Below, piece by piece: positions 13,749 to 27,280 of a stretch of 64,000 nt of DNA. The notes below the pieces were generated by a model. That model did not search any database. It had not been told where the DNA came from and saw only the letters and a list, made by a program, of their open reading frames with translations. Made by a program: the position numbers and the translations under genes. Position 1 is the stretch's first letter, and every line of letters begins with the position of its first letter. The stretch comes from Hemiscyllium ocellatum (lineage: Eukaryota): assembly GCF_020745735.1 (NCBI RefSeq), contig NC_083424.1, positions 29,064,999-29,128,998 on the forward strand, in the 5' to 3' direction.

Positions 13749-14039
13749 TTTAGATTAGATTACTTCGGCCCAACAAGTCCACACCGACCCGCCGAAGCGC
13801 AACCCACCCACACCCCTACATTACCCCTTACCTAACACTACGGGCAATTTAGCACGGCCAATTCACCTGGCCCACACATCTTTGGACTGTGGGAGGAAAC
13901 CAGAGCACCCGGAGGAAACCCACGCAGACACGGGGAGAACGTGCAAACTCCGCACAGTCAGTCGCCTGAGTTGGGAATTGAACCCGGGTCTCAGGCGCTG
14001 TGAGGCAGCAGTGCTAACCACTCTGCCACCATGCCGCCC
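13749..14039 (-). mobile_element. HE1-type V-SINE, full length and young-looking
   Basis: Intact A box and B box (gggttcaattccc), retained CpGs, (AATCT)n tail. Confidence 0.92.
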
Positions 14040-14041
14040 AC

Positions 14042-14495
14042 TTGGAAGTACAAGCTTTCAGAGCACTACTCCATCAGGTAATTAGTGGGGCAGGATCATA
14101 AGCCAGGAATATATAGCAAAACGTCAGTGCCATGAAATTAAAACTATATATATTGAACAACTATAAATTATTGTTAAGTGTTTCATCTTTTAGAATGGGT
14201 TGCAGGTTTTGGTACACTAATATGCAAATCCCAGAACTACTTTTAAGTCACAAATTAGTTCTGGGGTTTATGTATTAATGAACAGAAACCTACAACCTAT
14301 TCTAAAGATGAAAGACTTAACCTCTATCTCGGTTTGTTCAATACATTGTTTTAATTGCATGACACTGAACATTTGCTATAAATTCTGTCTTCTGATCCTA
14401 CCCCACTAGTTACCTGATGAAGGAGTAGTGCTCTCAAAGCTAGTACTTCCAAATAAACCTGTTGGACTATCACCTTATGTTGTGATTTTTAATTT
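14042..14495. mobile_element. Second-family Penelope-derived fold-back element; its left arm continues at 11796-11872
   Basis: cctgatgaaggagtagtgctc..aaagctagtacttccaaataaacctgttggact and its reverse complement, split between 11872 and 14042. Related copies at 18175-18335, 56930-57060 and 60363-60495. Confidence 0.78.
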
Positions 14496-16099
14496 TTTTT
14501 GGGGTTGGCCTAATGGTGTTCTAAGCATGCTATTCGACGTTTTTTGAATCATGATTGTAGCCTTAGGTTAATGGTAAAGTGAAAGATATGCTTGACATTA
14601 GGTTACCGGTTGTTGTTGCCTGTGGTACTACATGTGACTTAGTGCCATGATGCTTAGTTTTAAGATGTTTTGAATCTGCTCCATTAACTTGAGCGAACAC
14701 AATGTGTCTTCATTGGCAAGACACAAATTAGGCTTGGCCAGGACTGATTAGTGGCCACTGCAGCCTCTGACAAGGAGAATAGTTAGATAAGTAGCTATTT
14801 TCCTTGTGTTGGTTCTGTTACCACCAACCATAAGCCAACTCTGGCAGAAATGTCCTTCAGAGCTTGGTCAGCAGTGGTGCTACTGAATCCTCATCACACT
14901 GAGTAATGAAGTACATTCATGACCTTGGTAACGTCAGTGAGTGCCTCTTCCAAGTGGTGTCCAATATGCAGACAAATGCATCAGGCTTGGGAATGATAGA
15001 TCCTAATCAGGGCATTTACTTGCATAAAGTTTGAGGTGACAAAATTGAATATAAAAATGGACTGAGAATTTGCCTTGGCAAGGTCAAAGTTTCTTTAGTT
15101 GTGAGGGCAGGCTATAAAAGTGTTTTGAAAAATTGTCCTGAATCTGACACTGTGACAAATAGCTAATTTTCTTTTAAAAATGTATAATTTTGGTGTTTAT
15201 ATTGCTGGGAGCGTAGAAATGGCATTATTAGGAGGTGGACTTGTTGTGGTGCAAGAAGTTTGATATTCTGATCTCTTGGGTTATCCAGGGACATATGTAC
15301 ATGATGTGTAAAGAAATTGTGTTGTTTGTGCAGAGTTCTGACTTTGAGGGTGAGCTTGCCATACTCTTTATCAGGTGCACAGAAGAATTATTTCTAACCA
15401 CAGGAGATAAAAACAATTTAAGGCCAGATCTTTGTAATGGAGATGGTTTTATAACTGATGGTATGAGCAAGTGAAGAAATAGACTCTTGATGTATAAAAA
15501 GTTGGTTGTAGAAAATTTGTAAATTTTGAGATGAACATATTTTAAACCATCATAGATGTCCTGACTTGTATTGCCTTCCTACTATCAGGATAAAGAACTT
15601 GACAGAATGGCCGTGATGTAGGATGGATGTACTGCAGAAGGAATGAGTGAGACTTGGCACCAAGACAGGCAGACCGCATTACCTGGAAGAACAGGCAAGA
15701 AAAGGACCACGAAAGACAACTTGATTTATTGGAGCTGATTTAAATAATTACTTTTTGCTTTCTCAACTCTAGTTTAAAGTAAACTTTTTAAAAGTAGGCT
15801 TAAAGAGTAGGTCAGCTTGGCTGCATGGGGTGGGGATGTTGTGGCTAAGACAATTGTGTTTAGGAAATGTCTCTAACCGAAAAATATTAATTTCTGCGTT
15901 TTGGAAATTGAGTTGTAAAGTGGTTGTGTCCCTACCTCTGGACCCAGAGACTTGTGAAAGGCATAGTAGTGTTCTTGTTTTTGGACCAGAAGACTTGGGT
16001 TCAAGTCCCACCTGTTTCCACGTAGGTCATAATATCTGAACGGGTTGATCAGAAAATATCTGGAATTAGAGTTACAGCTAGTATCTTGGTGTATTCACG

Positions 16100-19030
16100 A
16101 AGTTAAGAACTATGGATAGCACATTTAATGAAGTGTTCACAATGTAGATCAAGTCCAGGCAGGTGGAGAAGGCATGGGTGATTTGCAGTGCAGTCTAGAA
16201 AGGCGGGGAGCTTGTGCAGAGTGCCTTGAGTGTCTCATACACTAATTGGTTTTGCATTTTGGATTCTGTTGAGGGCAGTGGTTTTTCAGAAGAAAGCGAT
16301 AGATAACCTTTATGGCAACGGAAGTGACTCAGCTGAAGTTTTTTTTGGGGCAAGGTGGAATAGGGTTGTGATGATGGGGAAAGGATGTTAGAAGGGCAGT
16401 AGTGGTAGATTATTTGTAATGGAAACGGGCATTTCTGACATAGACGTTAATCCAGGATGGTACATTGCCTTTCCAGTACCATCTCAAGGATGTTACAGTA
16501 AAGTTGTAGGACCATATTTTGGGAAGGACTGAAGAGCCAGAGATTATGATCCACGTTGGCACCAATGACATTGGTAGAATGAAATCCTGAAAGTAGAGTT
16601 TAGGGTGCTTGGCAAGTGACTGAAAAGCAGGACCTGTAAAGCAGTAATTTGAGTTACAAATCAGTATGGAAAAGAGATTGATGTAATTAATGTGTCTGAA
16701 AATAATGGTGTCAAAGGGAGGGCTTTGGATTAACATTGATTATGTAAGAATCTCAAGAAAAATAATTCAATGTAACTGCAATACGCCAACTTCTGTAAAC
16801 AGACAAAATTTATTAAGCTGCGGAGGATCCATTAACACTCTTCATGATGCTTGCGAAGCCATTGTTAAGGGATCTCTGAACAAAGGGACATCCTTCCTTT
16901 TGTATGAGTTTCACATTACAGTCAGTCACACCCACAGGACAATCCCCTGCCATTTCCCCACAGTCACATGTCACTCAAGACACAATGTAGTGATCACATC
17001 ATTTCCAGAAACAGTGTATTGTAAATCATCACTTAACGGCCAGATCTGTTGTGAATCGTTTTATTAACTGCAGGGAGTAGTCAGAATTTTAATTGTAATG
17101 TTCTTATTGATTTCTGAATACAGGATGATAGTTCTTTTACTTGAAATAACTAGGAAATGACCATGCAAATGGCTCTGAATGGCAAGGGATGGGAATGTAA
17201 ATTCCTTAAATTCTACCTGTAAGATCGAGACATATCACCTTAAGACAGGGGCATACCACTCTAGCCTTGGGACATCCAGTTTCCTGCAGGTCAACAGAGC
17301 AAAGTAATCCTTTAATATCTCAATTAATAGGGCACTGGGGTTGGTTCAGGGACAAGTGTGGCCTGTACGAGGAAAAGTGGGTTATACTTTGGCATGACTC
17401 AAACTAATGTTTTTATAGTATGATTTGTGTATACTGTTGGGAATGGTTTAAACTGGCTTGTCAGGACATTGTAAATAAGAAGAAATTTGAAATAAACCCA
17501 AACTGGTTATAGGAAGCAGAAAAGATGTAAATAAGTGGAAAGCAGCAGAAACACATTTTAGAATCAACAAGGGTCAAATTACAGAATAGTATTAAAAAGG
17601 GAAACTTGTAAGAATTCTGAGTGCTTTTGCCATTTGCAATAAGACAGGTGAAATTGATGACACTACTAAGAAGTAACTTGATATAATTTAGTTGCCATTA
17701 TGGAGGCATGGGTGAATATTAAAGGATGTTTTGGCATTTTGGAGGGACAAACAGAAAGGGAAAGTTTGTTGTATAGCGCTGACAGTTAGGGACAAGAAAC
17801 ATCAGTGTATTTGAGATAGAGAGGGGCTATTCATTCATAGAATGTAAGAGTGGCTAGCTGGACCAGTCTTTGTTGCTATCTGTCTAGTTGCTTATGAGAA
17901 TATGAGCTCCCTTCTGGAACCATTGCCGTCCATTTGGTGTAGGTGACCCACAACGTTGTTGGGGAGTTTCAGGATTCTCCAGCGACACTGATGAAACTAA
18001 TTTATTAGCGAATGAGGATTTTGAGTGGCTTGGAGGGGAGCCTAGTGCTCCAGGGTATCTATTGCCCTTGTTCTTCTAGATGGTAGTGGTCATAGGTTTG
18101 GGAAATGTTGTGGTGGTGGTTTAGACAAAGACATTAAAATGTTTGGTTGATAGACAGTTGATAATATTTTTAAGTTTAAAAACCACACAGCAACAGGTTA
18201 CACTCCACAACCACCTGAAGGAGCGGTGCTCCGAAAGCTAGTGCTTCCAATTAAACCTGTTGGACTATAACCTGGTGATGTGATGTTTTAACTTTGCAGA
18301 CCCCAGTCCAACTCCAGCATCTTCAAATCATGGCTAATATTTAAAGAATTGATGTTTGGTTTTCAAAACAAAAAATCATTTAAGAGAAAAAGATCCAAAA
18401 GGAAAGCACGACAGCCGTGGCTAACATAGAAAGTTAAAGATATGTTCCATTACATAAGGAGGCTTATCAAGATGCCAAAAATATTTGTAGCCTGAAAATG
18501 AGCAAAGGAGGACTAAGCAATTGAGAGAATGTAATGTTAATGTAAAGTGACAAGAAATAGAAAAACAGCTTCCATAGCTTTAAAGCTTCTATTGGTATTC
18601 CAAAGAGACTAGCAAAGAGCAAATAAGAGTCCATTGTAGGCAGGGCAATGTTTTGTTTTCATAGAAAATGGAGAAATGGCAATGAAGCAAAAAAGCTGTT
18701 TCCCTAGAGAAAGACACAAATCTTCTGAAATAATTAAGATTCAAAAGTTTAATGAGTATGTGGAATTGAAAGCAAGTAATACTTGTAAAATTGTTTTTGG
18801 TCCCTTTTAATTTCTCCAATAAAATTTAGGGAAATTTTGGACCTGATGACCTTAACCTTTAGTGCTGAAAGAGATGGCCACAAACATATAGTGGATATAT
18901 TGATGAAAATCTAAAGAAATTCTATCAATTTTGCAATGGTGCCTGCAGATTGGAAGTCTGAAAATCTTAACTCCATTGTTTGAGAGGGGAGAGGAGAATA
19001 TGGGAAAACTACAGACCTGTTAGCTCGACA
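16100..19030 (+). mobile_element. Highly decayed older CR1 LINE remnants (ORF1 esterase and ORF2 pieces), interrupted
   Basis: IHVGTNDI-encoding sequence at ~16547-16572; DW...GNYRPVS-like sequence at ~18945-19025. Confidence 0.55.
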
Positions 19031-19079
19031 TCAATAATATTTACTTATGTTTCAAGAAAGACCTGGAGGCCAAAATGTT

Positions 19080-21750
19080 TAACAGCAGAAGCTTTGTAAA
19101 GAATTGTTCTGCAGGCAAGTCCTCCTTTTCAGTTTCTCACCTCGCACCCTAAACTCTGCTTTCAGGACCTCATTCTGCCAAAGACATTGATGCCAATATC
19201 GACAACAGCCTCTGACTCTGCAACCTTTTGTCTCCAGAATGACTGGTGACAATGATTGGAGTTTTAAAGTGACAGTATGCCATATTTAGCAAATACGCAA
19301 CGTCCCTCTCTCTACTCGAGGTTCCTGCAATTAAACCATTTACAATATTTGCAATCGTATATGCAATAGTCAGTAAGAAAGATGTTCTGGGGTATGTGGC
19401 TGTCATTGCAGCTTGGGTGTCAGTTTATTTTTCTTATTTGCTTTAACCTCTTGTGTTTTAGGTGCAATAGTGCTAATGGAGGTAGGTTGTGAAACTTGTG
19501 CAAGTACGTCTTCTCAATTTCAGAGTTGAGCCCTGGCCACAAAAAATAGCATATGGCTATCTTGTTCATTCTGGCAATGCCACAGTGCCTGTCATGTAGT
19601 TGATTAACGAAGGGTTCCTTTGATGTGGTGTTATGAAGACCCTCATTCTCCATAGAAGACATCCTGCTTGTACAGTTATTGCTAGCTTCCATGTGACACA
19701 CTACTTCAGTTCTGGTGTTCTTTCTGTGATCTTGACACAAAAGTACAACATCCATCACTTTTGATAGTAGCGGATCATTTCTAGTGTGCTGCTTGATGTG
19801 CTGTAACTGAGTGTTGTCTGCTGCTTCAAAGTGGAAAATGTCTACATAAGTTGACCAGAAACAATCCTTATTTGGCAAAAGTTATCTAGAGAGTCCGTCA
19901 GCATTCCCATGTAAGTTGGATTGCTGATACTTAATTGCATAAGTATGAGTTGATAGTAACAACGTCCATTTCTGCATATGGTTTACTAAAAGAGAAGGTA
20001 TCCCTGCAGGAGACTTAAAAATTGAGATTGGTGCTCTGTTAGTATCGTAAATTCCTGCCATGTACATGTATTGGTTAAATAGTGTAATGCCAAAAAATGA
20101 TTGAGTGTTTCTTTCTCTATCTGTGCAGGGTTCATTTCTACTTTAATGATTTTGATGCCAAGACTATTGGTTACTCTTCAGTACTGGGTAAAATGTGAGA
20201 AATGATACCTCCTACTTCATGTGGTGATGCTTGATGTTTGCTTCAACAGTAGCTAGGTCAAAATGGGTCAGGACCTCTGACCCAATCCTCCTTTGACTTG
20301 TGTAAATTTTCTTTCATGTTGATCTTCTCACTTTTTAAAAATTCTTTTCAGAATAAAAAATTGTGCAACGGCTTGATAATTCTTTTAGGTGCTGATGCCT
20401 CAGGTATGGCTTTTACTTTTGAAGGTGATTATTGTAGCCCTTGGTATCAGTGGCATGACCTAAATATTCGAAGAGTTTTAAAAATCATTTATCTCTCTTC
20501 CCTCTCTGGCCATAATCTTCACGCCTCTGCAGAGTAACTCTAAATTGTGGAAATGCTCCTCATTTCTCCATGACCTCCAATATCTTTTAGCTAATACTAG
20601 ACTCCTTTGAATCCGCTTAAAAGTTGGTCAGTGGCAAGTTGGAAAGACAGGTGCAGACATGATTCCAAATGGAGGTGTCTTGTATATGAATAGTCCTTTT
20701 GTGTTACAATTAGCAAGTATTTTGTGACACATTCAAGCCTATTTCCAGATGAGTGTAGATCCTAACGTCAATTTTACTGAAAAGCTGACCTCCACCTTAT
20801 CCAGCAAAAACGTCAAAGAGCATTGCTCATCACATAGATTAATAGTCACCTGAAAATTCAGCAGATGCATACTGATCCATTTTTTTTCATCACTGATTAG
20901 TGCGGCCTAGACCCTCACTCAAAGATTCCTATCTTGACAAACCTCACTAATTCTGTCTCTTGACTTTTAGTCTGATTTGAATAAAGCGCTGATTAGCTTT
21001 GTAGTATTTAAATTTAATATCTCCTGCTTAATAATCAGTGTGACTGAGAGATTTTCCATGCATCCCAGATCCCCATTGAAAACAGTGGCATGTTTCTTTA
21101 GAATTTGAGAGAGATCAATCTCAGAATCTGACAAGCAATTTACTTCAGCTCAATTGTTTGTTTTTCTCCATGTTCTTCTGAATAAAGTTGGAACATTTCA
21201 TTTTGGTTAAGTGTAAGAGCAAATCTTCAGACTGACCATATAACTCAACTCAGCATTCATATTAATACAATGCTTGTGTATGTCCTGTTAGTACAGTTTT
21301 AAATGTTCCAGTGCTGTGTGTCTGCAGCTTCTGATACCAGCTTTCAGGTAACAATAAACTGTTGCCTGGTGTCTGTCTCCATTCTCACCCAGGATAACCT
21401 AGTATCAGTTGGTGTTGCCAGCATTAGCCAATGTGTTTAATAACAGTTCCTCTTCAAACTGAAAGTCTGGCTTTCCTTCTATTTCTGCACCATGTAGATT
21501 TTTTTCCAATTCTTTGATTTTCTGCACTTTTACTGTATTTTCATGTTTCTTCCTCAACGCACCCATTCAGTATGTTCTTTTGCCCCACTGTTTCTGTGTG
21601 CAGTTTTTTAATACCAACAGTTTGCAACTGTGCCATCTGTTGATCTACACCGGCCAGTTTTGGATGTTTGTCGTCCCTGTGTCTCAGCTGCCATTTTGGA
21701 ATTGGACAAATATAGGTTACTAAGGCTAAGATTGGTATGGGTGACTTGGG
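19080..21750 (-). mobile_element. Decayed Gypsy-type LTR retrotransposon internal region (gag-pol remnant)
   Basis: RNase H end MQKWTLLLS..Y.I.Y...HGNADGLSR; integrase Zn-domain LHDRHCGIARM...LWPGLNSEIE; AQIEKE- and FSKID-like motifs upstream. LTRs were not identified. Confidence 0.8.
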
Positions 21751-21819
21751 TCTAGCTTATTTGTAGTTTGACCTTAAATTTATGCATGGTGATGACTGGG
21801 TCATTAGTAAAGAGAGCAT

Positions 21820-22450
21820 TAGTATCATGTAGCATGGAAACCAGCCCTTCGGTCCAACTAATCCATTCCGACCATGTTCCCAAACTATACTAGTCCCACC
21901 TGCCTGCATTTGGCTCATATCCCTCCAAACATTTCCTATACATGTACATATCCAATTGTGTTTTAACATTGTAATTGTACCTCCATCCACCACTTGTGGC
22001 AGTTCATTCCACATATTAGGGCAGCAGGGTGGCTCAGTGATTAGCACTATGCCTCACAGCACCAGGGTCCCATGTATGATTCCAGCTTTGGGTGACTGTC
22101 TGTCTGTGTGGAGTTTGCGCATTCTCCTTGTGTCTGCGTGGGTTTCCTCCCACAGCCCAAAGTAATGCAGGTCAGATGAATTGGCCATGCTAAATTGCCC
22201 AGAGTGTTAGCTGCACTAGTCAGAGGGCCATGGGCCTGGGTGGGTTACTCTTCAGAGGGTCGGTGTGGACTTGTTGGGCTGAAGGGCCTGTTTCCACACT
22301 GTAGGTAATCTAATCCAATCTCATACTAACACTTTTTTTTTAATAAACAAGTTGCCTTCATCTCCCTTTTTAAATGTTTGACCTCTCACCTTAAAAAAAA
22401 AATGCCCCTAGTTTTGAGCACTCTCTCCTTTTAGGAAAAGACCTTGGCTA
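21820..22450 (-). mobile_element. CR1-type LINE 3' fragment interrupted by an HE1 SINE
   Basis: WNELP tail on the minus strand, resuming after 22322. Confidence 0.75.
22018..22320 (+). mobile_element. HE1-type V-SINE
   Basis: gggcagcagggtggctcagtgattagcact...gtggagtttgc...ctgcgtgggtttcctcc...aatctaatc. Confidence 0.9.
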
Positions 22451-22589
22451 TTCTTGGGAGATCTTTGGAATGAGGACAATCCCTGAGACCTCTGTTTATA
22501 TCTGTCAGCCAGGATTCCCTTATTAGCCCAGGCCAACAGCCCCAATCCGGCAGCTCTTACTCAAGATCTACTAGGTTAACCTCATTCCA

Positions 22590-22940
22590 ATCTCTACATG
22601 CCCTTGTTTAGTTTACCAAAATGTAATACTCCACATTTGTCCAAATTAAGCTCCATCTGCATTCCTTAGCTCATTGACCAAATTGATCAAGATCTCTTTG
22701 TATTTCACTGCTCAGTATACCACCAATTTTGGTGTAATCTGCAAATTTACTAACAGTGCCTTCTCTATTCTTATCCAAATTCATTATATGAATGACAGAC
22801 AAAAGTGGACCCAGTACTAATCCCTGTGGAGCACTGCTGGTCACAGGCCTCCAGTCCACAAAAAAAAACAGGTCTCCATCACTGTCCTGTAAAGCCAGTT
22901 TTGCATCCCAATTGGCACCCTGAATCCCATATGATTTAAC
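22590..22940 (-). mobile_element. CR1 RT fragment
   Basis: ORF DWRPVTSSAPQGLVLGPLL...SKFADYTKIGG. Confidence 0.8.
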
Positions 22941-23619
22941 TTTGGAATCTCACAATCTGGTTGTGATAAAGGCACACAATTTCAGTAAAAGATGATTGCT
23001 GCTATGGAGGATGAAGACAATGTGGAGTCAGTGCTCTGCTCAGGTTTGAATCGATGCAAAGATTGCATACTTTCAACCTGAGAGGTGTTCTGAAAGTAAC
23101 GGGTAATAAAAACATTTTTTGATAGAATCTGGAGAAAATGTGGTTTATTTAAAACTGGATGACAAACAGTGACTGTTGAGCAGTTGATAGAGAGTTGGAG
23201 CTAAGTGCTATTAGTGGAGATGTGGAAGTTGAACACATGATCATGTGATATTTATGAATACTATAGGTACATAAGTGTCTGGGTCCTCTTTTATTTTTAG
23301 TTTTCCCCCCTCCAATCCTTCTGTCCATAAGTAACTTGCCTCTGAAACATCTTTTTTTTGGTAAGGTTCCTTATATTTCATCATTCAATTTAGGTAAATA
23401 TACTTGTGTGTCTATATGTTTTCAATAATCTAGTAAAAAGCGCTAATGGGCATTTTATCAATGAATCTGCATAGCGATCTAAATATGCTGTTAAATGCAT
23501 TCCTCTGAGTGAGCCAAGTTTGATTTTTCCCAATTGCAGGCAAGGCAGTGATTGCAAATCAATAAGTGAGAAGCGTATGATATTTTAATGCATATCCTTA
23601 ATAGGAGCAAAGGAACAAA

Positions 23620-23892
23620 AACTATTTTTATAAAGGACCTTGCACATCTCTGAGCACTTCAGAGTTAATACACTTTGTTGCTGGAGAGATGTGAAAGCCA
23701 CATTGTAGACAGCATAGTTCCACATACAGCACTTAGATAACTGACATTACTAGAAACAGATTTGATCATGTTGAAAATTGTTGAACTGGGCATTAGAAGC
23801 TCCCTGATGCTGTTTTCGTAGAGTTATTTTTAACTTTTACTTCCACCTGACAGGAAATTGGGATCTTGGTTTATTAACTTCTCCAAAGGACT
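23620..23892 (-). mobile_element. Old Deu-domain SINE (AmnSINE1/SacSINE1-like), degenerate
   Basis: Resembles the reverse complement of the Deu-SINE body (cagca.agttccaca.acagca...ttttacttccacctga...ggttt). Recognised from memory only. Confidence 0.45.
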
Positions 23893-24016
23893 TTGTATGT
23901 TTGTCATCTTCTGAATTTCCTTGAACTCCATTTCATGTTCTTTGTCAGCACTTGTATACGATATCTCCACAATGCCATCTTAGATTTTAATTAATAGCAA
24001 AAATGGTAAATTGTAA

Positions 24017-24214
<198 letters not shown>

Positions 24215-24539
24215 TAAGGGGAGCATAAATTAGCTACTACTGAAGTGAATTGCCCAGGGAGTATTGGATGTTTGTTTTCAAATTTGCAGCCTATGTATGG
24301 ATCTAATAGTAGAATAGTTTTGGTAATGATAAGTTGCTCATTCAGGTTTGGAGAAATGATGGATGACTAAGAGCCAGCCATTCTGTATTGATCTTGTTCC
24401 TGCTCTCCACTCACTTGGAAGAAGCTGATGCTTCTAAGTATAAACTTTCAACCAAGACATTAAAAAATAATAGTTCAAGGTAATTGCGTTACTGTCAAAT
24501 ATATTTTTAATTTTGTTTAGACTTGAGATTTCAAGTATT

Positions 24540-24775
24540 GAAGGAGAAGAGACCTGAGGGGCAACTTTTCATGCTGAGGGTGGTATGTGTATGGAATGAG
24601 CTGCCAGAGGAAGTGGTGGAGGCTGGTACAATTGCAACATTTAAAAGGCGTTTGGGTATATGAATAGGAAAGGTTTGGAGGGATATGGGCTGGATGAAAC
24701 TAGATTGGGTTGGGGAGATATCTGGTCGGGTTGGACCGAAGGGTCTGTTTCCATGCTATACATATCAATGACTGT
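24540..24775 (+). mobile_element. CR1/HER1-type LINE 3' fragment in BCL7A intron 2
   Basis: Matches the LINE tail at 32830-33075. Confidence 0.85.
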
Positions 24776-25621
24776 CATAAGTGAGGTAAGAATAATTCAG
24801 CATATGTTTTGAGCAATTTGTGGGAATGCAACAAGCGTAGTATGCCATTAGCCACGATGAAAGGTTATGTGGAGGAAAAGCTACCAAAGAGTAGGAGAAA
24901 TAGAAGTAACTTTTTTTAGTTAGGGTGGTGGCTGTTTGGGTTAGTGGTTACTCTGAGGAATTTGAGACCAGCCACTGGATTAGTGTCAACAGACAGGAAA
25001 GGCAGTGTATAAATTTTGGTCTCAAGTGGGTAGATGTGGAAAACATGATTTGTCTTCTGGAACTGGGATCACTGTTCATTTAAGCTGGAGATAAGATCAG
25101 TTTTTTTTGAGAGTTGTCTCTTTTTGGAACTACTTTCCTTCAATATATTGATACATTTTTGTTGAGCAAGGAGGTGAAAGTTATTGGGCATAAGTGCAAA
25201 TGTGCAGTAGTTTGATCAGCCCTGATACTATTGACTGGCAGAGCAAGCTTAATTGGTGGTGGTCTCCTTCCTATTCTCTTTATTCATGTGTTTGGTTGCT
25301 TGTAGGTGAGACCTGCAAATGCCAGATCCTCTTTTGAATAAATGTAACAATGTTTTCATCCATAAAAGTTTTAAAACTGAATTATCTGGATAATGTGCTC
25401 CATGATATCTTCAGTGAAGTGAGGCCTCCAGTTGTAGCATGTCAAACAAGTAAAGTTTGTGTATTAAATTAATGCCATATCTTTCTTAGCTTTTTAACAT
25501 TATAAATATTTATGGATGGAATTGTAATCATAAATGTTGATGTATTACACAAAAATCTTGATAGTATTAAGATCAGAAGTGTACACCCTAAAACCAGATT
25601 TAACTTACGGAAGTTATATGA

Positions 25622-25861
<240 letters not shown>

Positions 25862-26935
25862 TAGCTATTGTGACCCATTGGGGTGTTAAATATAGAACTG
25901 AATTACTCAAGTAAAGTTTGGTAATCATATAGTTAAAGTAATCTCTTCCCTTTTTAAATTTCAAGCTAAATAATATAGTGCTCACTACTCTTTTTAAAAA
26001 TAAAACTTAAAAAAAATTTCTAGCTTTATATTTAAGAAAATGTTTGCTTCCCGGTTTGACATTGGCTAAAACTTTTTTTATTATAAATAGTGCAGTATAA
26101 GTGGTTTGCTATGAAAACGTTGAGCTTTTTAAAGATCCAAAGGAAAAGCTTCATGTAAAAACAGAAAACCTGGTGCAGGATTAATGAGTATTTTTGTGCA
26201 TCTGCCTTCGTAAAATAAATAATGTGAAGGTTAAATTGAAAAAGGAAAGTTTTATGTACAGGATAAAAAGTAGTAATATAAGACTTTCTGGTAAATCCAT
26301 CAATAACTTGAGGTCATGCATTCAAAATTATTGGCCAAAGATTTAGAGGGGAGTTGAAGCTAATTTTTATTGAAGTTGTTGGCATTTGGAACACTTTTTA
26401 TTTGAAATGGTAGCAGTGTATCAAAAATTTTAATATGATTATAGCATTGGTACTGGAGAATGAGAATGCACGTTGTTTTGTTATGATGCATTGTTCGTCA
26501 ATGTGAATTCGCTGCAGCATGATTGATGAATTGGGGGCGTGTGAATTTTGAAACTTGTTAGCTGTAACACGGTTATAACACCTTTTTAAGTGTTGTTTCT
26601 AAAGTGATTTTTTTTTACTGTAACACAGTTGCTTAAAAATGTAACCATTGCATTATAGAAGAACTGACTGTATGACAAAAATGTGAATGTGTTCTGTTCC
26701 TTCAGAGAGCCAGCATAAACTTGAGTGATTTAAACATCCTCTTTTTAATGTTGTATGTTTCTGTAACTTCATGGGTGGCATCTAGTGCAGCTTGTCCCTG
26801 CTGATAAAGATTCTACCTTACTGGGCAAAAAAGTGCGATAAATAAATTTGAAATCCCCAAAATTTACAATTATATTTAGTGAGAGAACTCATCATCTATA
26901 AGAATTTAAGCATGTCACAAAAATCTTTTTCATTT

Positions 26936-27280
26936 AGAATCATAGAATCCCCTACAGTGTGGAAACAGGCCATTTTGCCCCAACAAGTCCACACTGAGAC
27001 TGTGAGGAGTAACCCACCCAGACCCATTCCCCTACCCTATTACTCTACATTTACCCCTGACTAACACACTTAACCTACATGTCCCTGAATGCTATGGACA
27101 ATTTAGCATGGCCAATTCACCTAACTTGAACATATTTGGATTATGGGAGGAAACTGGACCACCTAGAGGAATCCCACGCAGACACAGGGAGAATGTGCAA
27201 ACTCTACACAGACAATTACCCGAGGCTGGAAGCAAACCCATATACCTGGTGCTGTGAGGCAGCAGTGCTAACCAGTGTGA
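26936..27280 (-). mobile_element. HE1-type V-SINE
   Basis: Same core and tail in reverse orientation. Confidence 0.87.

Noticed and set aside
13960-14039. tRNA gene-like A and B boxes
   Set aside because: These are SINE heads that continue into the V-core and LINE tail, not stand-alone tRNA genes.
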